64,000 nucleotides of DNA from Camelus dromedarius (lineage: Eukaryota): NCBI RefSeq assembly GCF_036321535.1, contig NC_087437.1, positions 120,344,001 through 120,408,000 on the forward strand, written 5' to 3'. How positions within the stretch are numbered: the stretch's first letter is position 1; the number at the start of each line of letters is the position of its first letter. Positions 13,860 through 27,149 of this stretch are shown piece by piece. A model generated the notes under the pieces. The model was not told the DNA's origin. It made no database searches and worked only from the letters and a program-made list of their open reading frames with translations. The translations under genes were made by a program, and so were the position numbers.

Positions 13860-15142
13860 TCTTGCCATGAGTAGGAACGGAGGGTTTCAAGTACAGGTCA
13901 AACCAACTCTCTGAAATATACAGCCACAACTCTTACACACCTGAATTTAGTGGCCTGGAAACATTGTACCAGCTACGCCAGGTAAAATGACTTTGTACTG
14001 TCAAGCAAGGGCGTCTGGCTCCTGGGGAAGGAGAGAACCTGCTGCTGCGGAGACACTCCCCATGGTGGAGGCCGGAGCGGCTGCAGCACCAGGGCAGCCC
14101 CGCCTTGCCGGACAGAAGGAGCGGGAAACGGCTCCTGGGGGCTGAAGACAGTGGGAGAAACCCTGGGGAGGGAAGAGCAGGGAAAGAGGGCCCCTGATTC
14201 TGCCCTGTCCTGGGCTCCCCGCCGAGCCCCGCCTGGGCCTGACCCGTGGCAGCACAGGCCTTGAAAGCTGACTTGAGATGGAGACCAGCATCCACAGGAG
14301 GTGAGGCAGAACTTGTGGTCTTACCTACCTGGACGCACTGCTTGCTTCAAAAAAAGAAAAATCAACATGTTCCAGAGAATTTTAACAAGACCCACAGTCT
14401 TCACAACATAATATTGAAAATGTCCAGGGTGCAACCCAAAATTACTTGACATACAAGGAACCACAAATTTCTCCAGAGAAAGACAATCTCTGGGTGCCCC
14501 AAGCTGACCCAGATGCTGGAGTTCTCTGACGAAGGCTTTGCAGCACCTGCTATAACCGCGCTCCACGTGGTAAAGGAAAATACACCAAAAGGAATGGAAG
14601 CACGGAAACTCTCAGCAGAGAAATAGAAATAACAAAAAAGAACTAAATAGAAACTTCAGAGCTGAAAGACAAAATATCTGAAAAAGTTTTAAAAATCATT
14701 AGCTGGACACAGTAGAAGGGAACTTACAGACGGATCAAGAGAAAAGCTCCTAAGAGTCTAAATGTAAGGAGAGGAAAGTAAGGCTGGAAAGGAAAGTGCA
14801 CAGAGCCTCAGGGGCTGTGGGGCAGCCGCAGAAGCTCTAAACGTCACGTCACTAGATCCCAGGGGGGAGGAGGGAAGCAACGGTGCAGAAAAGTGTTTGA
14901 CGTAGTAACGGCGTACAATGTCCCGAATTTGGGGAAAGACATAAATGGACAGTGCCAACCAGCCTGGCAAATCCCAAACAGGCTGGCGGCGAAGAGCACC
15001 ACGCCCAGACGCACCACGAGGGAGCTGCTGAAAAACAAGGATAAAGACAACAGTGTGAAAGCAGCTAGAGAAAAATGACACATGACACAGAGGGGACAGC
15101 AGTTCAGACGGCGACTGGTTTCTCATCAGAACCTGTGGAGGC
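13860..15142 (+). mobile_element. Ancient L1 5' region/ORF1 relic
   Basis: ctcagcagagaaatagaaataacaaaaaagaactaaatagaaacttcagagctgaaa; tgaaagcagctagagaaaaatgaca; ttctcatcagaacc. The left boundary is uncertain. Confidence 0.75.
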
Positions 15143-15219
15143 ACAAAAGGGCATGGGGGAACCTTGAATGCATCTTGCTGAGTGTAAGAAGTCAGTCTGA
15201 AAAGGCTACACGTGCTGCA

Positions 15220-15700
15220 CAGCCATAAAGAAGAATAAAATAACGCCACCTGCAGCAACATGGATGGACCTGGGGACCGTCATGCTAAGTGAAGTCAGCC
15301 AGAAAGAGAAAGAGAAATGCCATGTGAGATCGCTCATGTGTGGGATCTTTTTTTAAGAAAGGGACACAAAGAACTTATTTACAGAACAGAGACAGACTCA
15401 CAGACATAGAAAACAAACTTACGGTTACCAGAGGCGAAGAGGGTGGGAAGGGATAAATTAGGAGTTCGAGATTTGCAAATACTAACTACCACGTATAAAA
15501 TAAATATAAAATAAATAAACAAGAAGTCCATACTGTAGAGCACAGGGAATACAATATACGTATTACAGCGTATACAACACATGGTGTAACTGCTGCCCAC
15601 CAGAAATTGACACAACATTGTAAAATGACTATACTTCAATTAATAAAAAGGAAAAAAAGATAATAGGTGCAAAAATTTTAAAAACAACCAAAAAATTAAA
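15220..15700 (+). mobile_element. Young camelid-type L1 3' end nested in the older L1
   Basis: gcagcaacatggatggacctgg...acagactcacagacatagaaaacaaacttacggttacc...gacacaacattgtaaaatgactatacttcaattaataaaaa plus A-rich tail. Confidence 0.9.
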
Positions 15701-16080
15701 ACCAACACGGAGGCCAGAAGGCAGTGACGTCTTTAACGAAAGGAGGAGGGAAAGGGAGCTGTGAGGCTACGAAGCTTCTGCATGTCACTTGACGGGTTCT
15801 AAGGAAACTGAGAAAGGTCGGGGTCGCACGATAGCTGTGAATCAACCACTTAAAAAACACAAAGAGACTGAGCCGAAAAGCCAAGAGATAAATTTAAACG
15901 AATATGACAAACCATTGAAATAAGAAAGCGAGAACAGGGAATGGAGGGACAAAGACCAGGGAGACAAAGTCACAGTAAAACGGAGACTGGACCCAGTCCT
16001 AGCGACGGTCACGTTCAAGGTCAAGGATCAGACAGAGGCTAAACCCTGACCGTGAAGTTCAAGGTCAAGGGTCTAAACAG
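15701..16080 (+). mobile_element. Continuation of the ancient L1 (ORF1 end to ORF2 start), heavily deleted
   Basis: ggaggccagaaggcagtg continues the ORF1 relic interrupted at 15142; A-rich inter-ORF-like sequence follows. Confidence 0.55.
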
Positions 16081-16862
16081 CTGACCCAAGGTTCATAGTA
16101 ACAGCGTGTGTTTACTAAAACCAGGTCCACGTGAGTCAGCAACCACGTGGGAGGGAGCGGAGCCAGGCTGACGGCAGACGAATCCTGGAACAAGGACCAG
16201 AGCACTGGAGGCGAGTGGTGAGAAGCTCTAACCCTGAACTTAAACCAGAGACCACGCATGACATCAGCACCTCCGCCCCAGGGCTAGGACCACAGGTGGC
16301 TTTCAGGACCCCATAGACTGGTGGAGGTGCTGTTGAGGGGCCAGTGGGTGTGCTGGCCACACTGCCAGAGCCCCATCACCCCCAGGCGGGCTCCTTTATC
16401 CTCTGGTGGGGGCAGCATCCTGGGGTCCTGTGTCCCTCCACTGCGGGGGGACAGGAGCGGGTTCCTGCACACAGAGCTGGAAATCCCAGGCTGCCTGGTC
16501 TGCTCAGCTGGCCCTGGAGCTCCTGTGAGCACCCCCACTTCCCATCCTGGGTCGTTTTTAAGTCCCCTGAGAATATTCTACATCTGGCCACTTGCTGGGT
16601 ATAAAAATGGCCAAACTCCCTCCTGGCTTTGAAAAAAACAAGGGCTGAAGTCGGTGGGTGTTTTGGGGGGGGGGGTCCCTGCCCCTCGCTGGGTGGTGCA
16701 CCCCCAAGGCCAAGCCTGGGCTCTCCCCACCCCCAGGCCTCTGGGGCCTCCGGATGACCAGCAGCTGAATGACCAGTGACACCGCCCTGGGTGAAAATAC
16801 TGCTCTAAAATGGGACAGCGTGAGGCCAGCAGGTCATGTGCTCGGTGCCCACCGGGTCCTCA

Positions 16863-17225
<363 letters not shown>

Positions 17226-17796
17226 TCAGTTTCCCCATTAGACCTGGGGGCTGGCGGGTGCTCCCTGGGGCCCCAGTAAAGCGGTGCGGGGAAGAGCTGG
17301 GTGGCAAGGCCCTGGCATCAGGGGCCCCAGTGGGAGGGGCCTGGTGATGCGGGGAGGGGCCCGTGCTGGGGGTAGGGCCAGGCGCGGCCTGGATTAAGGC
17401 CCTAGGGTTCTGCGGGAGCCCTGGGCCCCTCTCCCTCTCTTTCAACCCCTTTTCTGTGCCCGCACCCCATCCTCTCTGCCTCTGAGACCCACAGCAGGTC
17501 TGGGTACCTCTGTTCTCCTGTCCTGGGCACCAGGACAGGGGAGGTGAGCAGCGGGGGGAGGAGGTGGGGGTCTGCATGAGGCTCTGTACCCCGCTACCGA
17601 GACCCTTCTGAGAAAATCTCCGAGGTGGACAGGGAGGGGTGGGGGAGCTGGGTGCAGATGACCTAACTCGGCTCAGAGAGTACGTGTTTGGGGTTCCGAG
17701 GGCCGCAGCCCTGATTGTGGAGGCGGGGCCCGGGGCTGCCAGCTCCGCCCTGAGCCGTGCCTCCAGGAGCCAGGGGCACCTTCCCGTGCCAACCAG

Positions 17797-17960
17797 CGTG
17801 GGATGAATGGTGGTCCCCAAAAAAGGCCTGGATCCTGACCCTCGGAATCTGCCTGTGTGACCTCTTTTGGAAGCAGGGGCTTTGCAGAGGTGACTGAGCT
17901 AAGAGCCCAAGAGGGGCTTATCCTGGGTCACCTGAGTGGACCCTAGATCCAAGCATGAAG
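17797..17960 (+). mobile_element. MaLR (MLT1C/D-like) LTR 5' fragment
   Basis: gatgaatggtggtccccaaaaaagg...tgtgacctcttttggaagcaggggctttgcagaggtgact...ttatcctgggtcacctgagtggaccctaga. Confidence 0.75.
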
Positions 17961-20900
17961 GGGGGGGCCAGAGCAGACAAGAGGCTCCCTCCCCGCCCCA
18001 GCCATGAGAGCAGGCACCAGGCCTGCAGCAGGCTCCCACCCCAGGTGCACGCGTGCACAGCCAGGGGATGACCACAGCACGGAGGCTAGGGGCTGCCGGG
18101 CCAGAGGGGCAGGGACTGGGTGGCCGGCCCGGAGGCTCGGACCCTGCAGGCCGGTGCTGGGCCGGTGGCTCCGCCCTGGGAGTGTGCAGTAGCCTCTGCA
18201 TCTGTCTGTCCAAGCACTTTCTCTTCCAGGGCTGCCCTTCCCAGAATCCCTTTCCTGCGGGGCTGGGGCTTTCCACCGGGTTACTCACCGCTTTCCGGGT
18301 TTGTCCTGGGCGCCCCGCCCGTCTGTGGTTGTTCTGACTTGCCCGGGGCTTTTCCTGTAGCTTCATGCTGCTTATGTAAGGAGCCCTTTATGTAACCAGC
18401 AGGCTCCATTGTCCCCCGCCTAGGGGGCTGCACCAGTTCTCAGACGCCAGCCAAAGCCCCAGCCCTCGGGCTGGTCAGCGCAGTGGGTGCCCAGCCTGCC
18501 CACACCCCCGACGCTCCCCTTTCTGCCTCTGCCTTCCTCCCTCCTCTCGCAATCAGAGGGCAAGCCAGGTCCACCCTCTGCCTGGACAACAACGCTCCTG
18601 GGGATCCAGAAAGAGGGGCGGGGTGAGGGCCGTGCAGGGGGTGGTGAGGCCGGGGCAGGAGGCTTGCTTGGGTGGGTCCCCTGAAGCAAATGCTGAGACA
18701 GGATTCAGGGATCGTTTACGTGGGCGGTGACCCTGAGACAGACTGGAAGGCAGGGTCAACACATCACGGGAGATGGGCCCACCTGGAGACCAGGGACACA
18801 CCTTAGGCTGCACCCCCCGGAAAGGGATTACCCTCCAACTGTCATGGGTCACAGTCAAGGGGCTCCCAGGGCGTCAACCTCCCAGCACGTCAGGCTCCTG
18901 TGAGCAGAGGGGGCCTTCTGGCAGCCAGCAGCGCGTACAGGATGCCAAGCGCGCAGGGACCTGGGTGGGCTGCCAGTAGTGCTGGCCACAGGCTGCTTCT
19001 GCCCCAGGGTGGAGGGACAGGATGAGAGGGTGTAACCAAGGCCCAGGTCAGGCTGCAGAAGCTGCGGTTACAGAGAGGAGCAGAAGCTGCTGGAGGAGAA
19101 GCGGCTGCAGGCGCAAGGGAGAAGGAGCCCCTCTGCTCCCTGGCTCGGCCTCCGGGCTCCCACCAGGGCAGGGCATGGGCCCAACCCGGAGCAAGGCAGT
19201 GGAGCCGTGGGGCAGTGGTCTGGCCCGAGCGCCACGCCCGGCGAGGGGGCCTGGGGGGTCACCGGCCCGGCACCCCACGTGCCCTGAGAGGCTGAGAAGG
19301 GAGGCATCAGTCAGGAGGCCGTGGTCAAGGCCGCAGCGGGGAGCGTCCCCCCGACGCCACAGAGCACGGGCGCCTGCGGGCGGGGGAGGCCCTGGCTGCC
19401 GGCCTCCCCGTGGGGGAGGCCGCGCGCTTACACGTGCGCTCAGCTGCTTCCAGGACAAGAGTGTCCCCTGTTTGTTCCATCGCCTGCCAGGAAGCCAGGG
19501 CTTTCCCCTTCCTGAACGCTCCGGGAGCCGCGCTCTTTTTTATTCCCCAGATAGGAAGTCTTCTGCAACCCTCTGGCCAGACGTGGGGAGCTGCCTTCAT
19601 TTTGGCAGCGATTAACCGGCAGGAAGTGTCATTACCTAAATGGACGATGAGCTGATAAGAAGCCAGAGGAGAAAGGCATCCGGGCCATCCCAGGAACCGG
19701 CAGGGAAGGGGCGTGGGGGCCGCAGCAGGGGACGGACGGAGCTGGGTACCCCTCGCTGCGGGGGCCTGTCCTCCAGCCTCCTTCCCGCCCTGGAGCGAGG
19801 ACACAGAAGGGCCCCTCCCCCAGAGGTTCCCACTTAAAACTATTACAGTTCAACCTAATATTCCCACGACGGGGAAACCGTTCTAAAAGGAAAACTTTAC
19901 AGCACGTAGATGTTGCACGGTCATCATCTGTTCAAACATGGAATCCCTCCGTTTGCCCAGAAACATGAGATCTGACTGCCCCGTGGTGCTGAGGGTGAGT
20001 CAAAGAGAATATTATTTCTGCAGCCCTGTGGCCTGGGGCCCCACTACCTAAGCTGGAGCCTGTGGGTCCCCAGGGCATCAGCCCATCGGCCCCTTCCCCT
20101 CGGCACCCAAGGACATTGCTCAGGAAGGGCAGCAGTGGACACGAGCCAGAGCTCTGGGCCCAGAGCCAGAGTCGCGTGGCCACTCAGGAAATGCACGTGG
20201 GCTCAGGGTGAGTCCGCGGGGCACACTGGTCCTCCAGCCAAACCCACGCGGCGTGTCCAAGAGTGGGGAACATTCTCCCCTCCGGCCTGCACCCCCACCC
20301 CCAGCACTCTGCTCCCCTGTTTCTGGAAGAACTGATAAGAGCAAACACTCTCGGTGCCACCTGGAAGCCTCTGGCAACCAGATAAACCCCTGCCTGCCCG
20401 CAGCCCCGTGCTCACCTGTGCTGTCGCTGGGAGGCCTGTCCTGCAGGCAGCGGCCACGCTGGGGTGTCAGTACTGAGCATAGGAGGTGCAGTCTGGCAGC
20501 CAGTGAGCCCTCAGGGAGCTGAGGTCCCTAGTCCCACCGAGGGAGTGGCGAGGCATGGATGGGGCCACACAGGGCCTGGTGCCGCTCAGGGGAAGGTGGT
20601 CATGTGGCCACCTTGGGCCCAGGGAGGGCGGGAAGCCCATGGCACTGTGTTCCCAAAGCGCTGGCCCTTGGGAGCGGGACTTTCTCATCCGTGCTGATAA
20701 CAAGGACTCATCAAATGCTGCAGATGACATCAAGTGACCTGCGTAGCACTGCCCCTCCCCACCTGCGGACAAGGAAACCGAGGCTCAGAGAGCCCACAGG
20801 TGCCCGGGTCTCCAGCTGGTGCCCAGCTCGCTGTGTAAGGTGGGGGGCCTGGTTCCCCGTGGGTGCCGTGGAGGCAGCAGCGCTCACTTGTGGGTCCCCT

Positions 20901-22369
20901 GTCCGGAGCCAGAGGGGGCAGCCATCTGGGCAGTGACACCCTTAAACCTAGGGGTTGTCGGTACTGCAGACCCTGGAGTTGGTGCCCTTCAGGAGGAGGA
21001 CACCCTTCGGGAAGGACAGGGATGGGTCAGTTTCATCCCCAGACCAGAGACGGCAGAGCGCGTGGGCAGACAGGCCTGCGGGGACACAGCCCAGCACTGG
21101 CACTGACTGATGGAAGTGCTCCCTGATGCCAGGGCCCTGGGCTGGGGAGGAGGGTCAGCTGCTGACACTCGTGGTCACCGGACAGCCCACGTGTGGACAG
21201 CAAGGCCAGGGGCATGACCTCATGGGTCGAAGTCTCCAGGGTCAGGCCTGCCGCTGTCCCAGCCCTGAGGACAGGACGGTTCCAAGGACAGAATGAATTC
21301 CCAGCCCTGTGCTGGAGGCGCCCACCCCCAGGATCCTCGCTGGAGACACAAGGGTGGAGGCCACCCTGCTTTCCTGGCGAGGGAGTGCGCCCTGCCCTCG
21401 GGCCTGGGCCACAGGAGCCCCTGGTCTTCCAGGGATGGGACCCCACCCTGGGTAGCTGCCTGGGGCGGCCTGCTCGACACTGAGGGCAGAGACGGGAGGC
21501 TTCTGGAGGAATCGCACCGTCACTCTGTAATCCGAGGCCTGCTCACCCAGCCCTGGGGATTGTGGGGGAGATGCTGCCGCAGACTGGCTTCTGCGTGTCC
21601 ATACAACCCCCACCCACGTGCCAGGCCAGCAGCCTGGCTGATGGGGGCAGTAGCCTCCCTCTGGCCCTGCTGGGTCTCACCTCCTCAAGGTCGTTCCCCA
21701 CAGCAGACCAGGACCCCGAGTTGACAAAGGCTTAGGCAGGGTCCCCATGGGGTGTCTCCCCTGAGTGCAGACTGGGGGTGGGGGTGGGGGCGTCTGCATC
21801 CCTGTGGACCTGTCAGTGCAGGGGGAGGTGAGGCCATGGGCCCCAAGGACCTGGGTGAGGCAGGTGGGGGCGATGCACCCCTCTCCTGCATGATCCATAT
21901 CCTGGAGCTGTCACCCAGAAACTTCATTTTACCTTTAAACCACCCAGGCCCAGTCAGGGGACCCCCTGCCCCAGTCTCTATCCCACACCTTGGCTGCCCT
22001 TTCTCCCTCTGCCTCCCTCACAGCCGTCAGGTGACCTCCCACGTCTCCCTCCGGCTTGCTGGGCACTGCTTCCGTCCAGCTGTCCTGCCCATGGACAGAC
22101 CCCAGCTCTTCTGCCGGCGGCGTCCGAGAGCTCCTCCTCGTTCTCCACACCCTGAACACGTGTCTGGAACCCTGAGCCACCTCCGACGTCCAGTTCCGAG
22201 CTGGGCACCCAGGCTCTGCTGCTTCTGTCTCTCCAGGGGTCTGAGGGCTGTCTACACCCCTCAGCTGGCCGCCCGGGGCTCCTTGTGGGCAGCTGTGCAC
22301 CAGCCGCAGCGCTGAGCTTCTCCTGCGCGCGTGTGCGCGTGCGCGGCCGTGCGCGCGCTCACGGGCACG

Positions 22370-23130
22370 GCTCACACCATCACCTCTTTTCCCTGCCTTG
22401 GGTTCCGGCAGACTCCTCCGTTCTTCTCCTTCTACTTCAGTACTCCTCTCCCCTCTTTTGAGATTTTTGTCTCCATGACTGCATTTTCCACTTCCAAGAT
22501 CTGCCGCTTCCTTACCCCACTGTTCTTGCTCTGTGTCTGCCAATTGGATTTCACAGTTTCTGTGAGTGGGTGTTGTTCCTTCATTTATTCCTTTGAGCAT
22601 CACAGGTTATTTGGGAGTTTTTGTTTGACACCTCCATAAACTTAACTCCGTCTGAGCGAACGCGTGTTCTGAGAATGCATTTGGTTGGCTCTTCCTTTTC
22701 TTTTTCTTTTTGTTTTTAATAAGGTAATTAACACAACACTATAAAGCAACTATACTTCAATCAAAAAATAAAAATTAAGAAATAAAATGAAAATTTTTTA
22801 ATTTAAAAAAAATTTTTAATGAGGTATAATCCACGTCACAAAGTTAACCGTTTTGAAACGTACAATTCAGTGACATTTAACACATTCTCAGACTTTTGCA
22901 CCATGATTGTCTCTCTCTTTTTTTTTTTTTTTTTTTTGATTTTTAAAAATGGTTATGACTGTCCCTTGCATAAGAAGAGCTTCTCGGGTTTTAGATTTGT
23001 GTTTGCAGACTTATTTTGAGTGGTTGGTGGTTGTTGTTTTGTTGTTGGAGTTTCTGGTTTTGCTATTCCTGTCCCTCCCTGTCCAGAAGTTGTGCATCTG
23101 CCTCCAGACCTGCTGTCCAGCCCCAGGGCT
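22370..23130 (-). mobile_element. Composite of old L1 fragments (mostly antisense) with a short sense L1 tail at ~22730-22800 and poly(T) at ~22918-22938
   Basis: T-rich antisense ORF1-like sequence; ttaatgaggtataatccacgtcacaaagttaaccgttttgaaacgtacaattcagtgacattt (antisense L1 3' end); acacaacactataaagcaactatacttcaat plus A tail. Confidence 0.65.
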
Positions 23131-26100
23131 CCCACTGGCGTCTGAGCTGCTGACCTGCGACGATCCTGGTCCTGTCACGGGCCCGTGGGGGCCCACACTT
23201 GTCTGCTCCCCTCCCGCAGTGTCCTGCCAGGCTGGAGCCAGCAGCTGCTTGTGTCCAGCCAGCACTTCCGGCCTGGGTTCCAGCAGCCGGGTTGCCTCAC
23301 AGGGGCTGAGTATAGATCCACTGAGCTCCACCCGGAGCTGCTGGGAGAGAGCTCAGGAGCCCAGGCTCGGGTGGTGGGCCGGCTGGGGCCCTGCCACCCT
23401 ATGGGCAACCCTCCCACACCAGGCGATGGTCATGCGTGTGACCCCTTGTCCCCTGGGTTAGGGAGCCCCCCACCCCAAACGAGCCCAGGAAGCCTTGTGG
23501 GGTGTCTGTGGACACTTATCAGGACCACCGTTGGGACCCTCCACAGACATCACCTCTCTCTGCCATCCCGGCAGACTGACACAAGCAAGCACTTTGGTGC
23601 ATCCTGGGAAAAGAGTCTGGATCAAGACACGGGAAATCAATGCTCTAAGAGCCAATTAACAAAATGCCCTTAACTGACCAGTTTTCTGAAAGTCTCTAAC
23701 TGACCCATTTACCAAAACTTCAGACATATTTTAAACCTGGTCTGGGCAGTTAGCCACAGCTGTTTGCCAACAAGGGTAGGAGCAAGGCCTAAAAATTCTG
23801 GCCAAGTACGTTAGCCAGGGTCAAGGGCACGTTCCGAAGAAAAGACAGTCAGTCAAGCTGGACCAATGCATTCTGGCAAAAATGGCCACCAGGAAGCAGC
23901 CAGAAAGAGAATCCTGTGGGGACATGCTCAGTTATTCACCACATAGATCACGTGGGGCCATCTGGCTCTGAGCAAATGAGTTGCAGTGACTTGATCTAAT
24001 TCCGAAGACACAGCAGAGAGACGTCAAGAGCACAGTGGCGTCCCCGCTGCTCCACCACTGCTAACTGCCACAGCGCCCTCTCTGTGCCTCGGTTCCTTCC
24101 CCCTTCTGTGGTTGTAAGGATTAAAAGGGACCACATAGCCCAGTGAATTTCTGTGGAGGTCACCATGCTCTGGGTTCCTGCTGTGGCTCCGCCATCGGGC
24201 ACTCAGGGTCACCTGCGGCTCCGTTCACAAGCTGGCCCCTCACTGCTTCGGGGCCTGTGTTCTGGAGGAAGTGAAGTGACCTCGGCCGAAGCTCCCTGCC
24301 CAGCCCTGGGAAAGGACAAGCAGAAGGGGCTTCTCCTGGAAGCCCCCAGAAGCAGCTCTCTCCTTGCTGGCTTCTCCCCCATGGAGACACAGGGGACGTG
24401 CCAGCCGCCCGTCCCTCCCTGGCCACCACTCCCTCCTGGCCCCCATGTCCAGCAGTCTCTTCCTTCCTTCCCTTCTCTCTTTTCCCTCTGAAGCAGTTTC
24501 CCCTGTCTCTCATTTCCGGCCCCACCCGTGTGTCCAGGCTGCTCCATCCCGCAGGCACACCCGCAGAGCCCACCAGAGCCCTGCTAGCACTAGTCTGAAA
24601 ATCTATATGGATGTGAACCGGAGGGGGAGGGGGCCCTCAGTCCTCCCCACCCACCGACAGCGACTCCCCTGGGGGCCTTCTCTGAGCTGGGTCCACCCGC
24701 CAACGCTCATTCTTACTGCAAGTGACAGCGACTGCAGACTTCCTGCTTGGCCGCCGTTGGACAAGGCCGGCTGGCAGTAAGGCCGCTGTCTGGGGCCCCC
24801 ACTGTGCAGCTGGGCACCCGGCGAGCTCAGGCAGCACCTGCGCCAGCCGTGCACCTGCCGTGCACCTGCCCCAGCTGGGTCCTGATTAGCCCCACTGTGT
24901 GCACCCCCAAGCTGGTCGGGGGCACCTTGGTGCAGCCGAGTCACTGGACCACTCAGAGCCTGCTGGGCGAACCTTTAAATGGCATCTCCATGGCTCTGGC
25001 CTCGTCATCACTGCCCTGTCACGGGCCCGCGGGGGGTCTAAGTCAGTGAACCCAGGGGTGCAGTCAGCGCGTTTGCATCGGCGGTGTTGCTGGCCTATGA
25101 TTCTCCAAGTCTGGCTCTGAGCTGCAGCGCGAATCCTCCATCCCCTCTTAGCTGGGTCCACAAAGCTGGTGTGGCCTCCTGGCTCTGCCCAGCCACCTTA
25201 TGCCCCCCGGCCCCTGTGGGGACAGGAGGGGGCTCAGATCCTGGGAGAAAAGCTCAGTTCAGAAGTCCAGCTCAGCCAGTTGGGAGCTGATACAGTTCAT
25301 CAAAACTCAGCTGGCCGGCAGCCAGTGCAGGGGTGCCCCCAGCAGACACCGGCGGACGGCAGGAACCTCCAGCTGCCTGTCTGACATTCTGCTTCCGTGT
25401 GGCCAGCACCACCTCCCTCCACACACACCTGCCGGTGTTCCTACCTCCGCCAACGGCCCTTCTGTCCCCAGGCTTGAGGCGATCAGCTCCACCTGCCCCT
25501 TCTCTGAAGCCAATGTCACAACAGGTGATGCAAAGCCTGCACCAGGCACCCCGAGCCCCAACACCATTCCCATCTCCCACTTTCTCTCCTCGCCTTGCTC
25601 CCAGCCTATCTGACCTAAAAGCCCGCCCTCACCTTGCAGCGTCAGCCTGGGCCTCCTGGGCCAGCCCAGCTGGGGAGCCAGGGCGGGCTATCACAAACGC
25701 TGCCCGCTTCCTAGAGCTGGAGAGCCCCTAAGAGGGTCGCACAGCGATTCACTCAGCAGACAGGAGGGAGGGACGGAGGGCGAGGAGCCAGTGCCGGCAG
25801 CTCCCCTGCCTTTCGTCTCCCTGGGCTGCAACACCCCCACCCTGCATCCCACAGGCCCACCGGGAGTGGACATGCGCCCTTATGTGGTGAGCGCCTGGCA
25901 TGTGGAAGGGGTCCACGCGCCGTCCCCTTGGAAGGGACACAGTGACTTGCCCTGTGTCCCAGGACCTCAGGGTCCAGCAGGAATGCAGGTGGGGCTGAAA
26001 GTGGAGGGACAGGAGCCTCTGGGAGGCTCAGACACCCGATGGCATGTGGACACGGGCTCTGTGACCCCAGGGCATCCACTGGTCTGGGTCCCAGCATCTG

Positions 26101-27149
26101 CCAGCTCTCCGCACTTCCACTGTGCAGGCAGGTCCTGCAGGCAGGCCACCCCCACCCTGGCGGGGGGATGTTTTCCTGACTGGGGACCCTCCTCCCCTGC
26201 ACTTCCGCCAGGCCCGCACCTGCCCAGGAGGACGCTGAGCCGGTGGACCCGTGGCCCACCGCTGAGAGGCCACACCACGTCCTTCTGGGGCCTTTACACG
26301 GAAGGAGGCTGCGACTTGCCTCCTCGCTGCTGGCAGTGTCACACGGGCGTGTCCGCCCCGCGGCTCCCGCCGCACCCCGCCGGGAGCAGACCCGCGGCCA
26401 CACTGAGCCGGCTGCACAGCGGGTCCTCGTCATTCTCCCCCCCACACGCCCCACATCCGGCTGGCAGCCCCCCCGCCATCAGCTCGTCTTACTTTTTATG
26501 CGTTTCACAGTCAGCCATCGCAGCCCTTTTTAAGGGAAAAAACTAAACAATCTAAGTGTCTGTCAGTGGGGGCTGGTGAGTGAATGACAGCACAGCGGGC
26601 AGGGGGTGCTGCGCCCCTCAGAGGAGGGCGTCCCCAAGACAGACGGGCGGGCGGGTGAGGACGCGCTCAGGACAGGGGGAAGGCCGCTCCCCTCGTGCGA
26701 CATGTACACGCATTTTGTCTACACCTGCCATGGAGCAGGACGTGCAGCTGGGGCTCCCCCAGGCCAGCCCTCACCCAGGAGCCTGGCGTCCTCAGATAAA
26801 TGACCCAACCTCCTGTCCTTCAGCCTCAAGGGTCGGGGCTCAGCGGTGCCCCGCAGGACTGAGCCCAGGCATCCCAGTGAGCTCCTGGACATGGACGCAC
26901 AGGGCCCCGCCCTCTCACTCCTCCTGGGACACTTCCTGGGTCCCCTGCAAGTTACCCACCTGCAGACAAGTCTGTCTCCAGCTCTGCTTTCAGGGGACCC
27001 CAGCTAAGACACACCTCATATAAAATACAGTGACAGCCCGGGGGAGCCACGGGGCAGGAAATCCACTGCTCAGTCTTCCTTCTATTCCTTCCTTTTCTTT
27101 TGAATTCTGGGTTCTGGGCATGTCTCATCTACTTCAAAAATACATTTTC

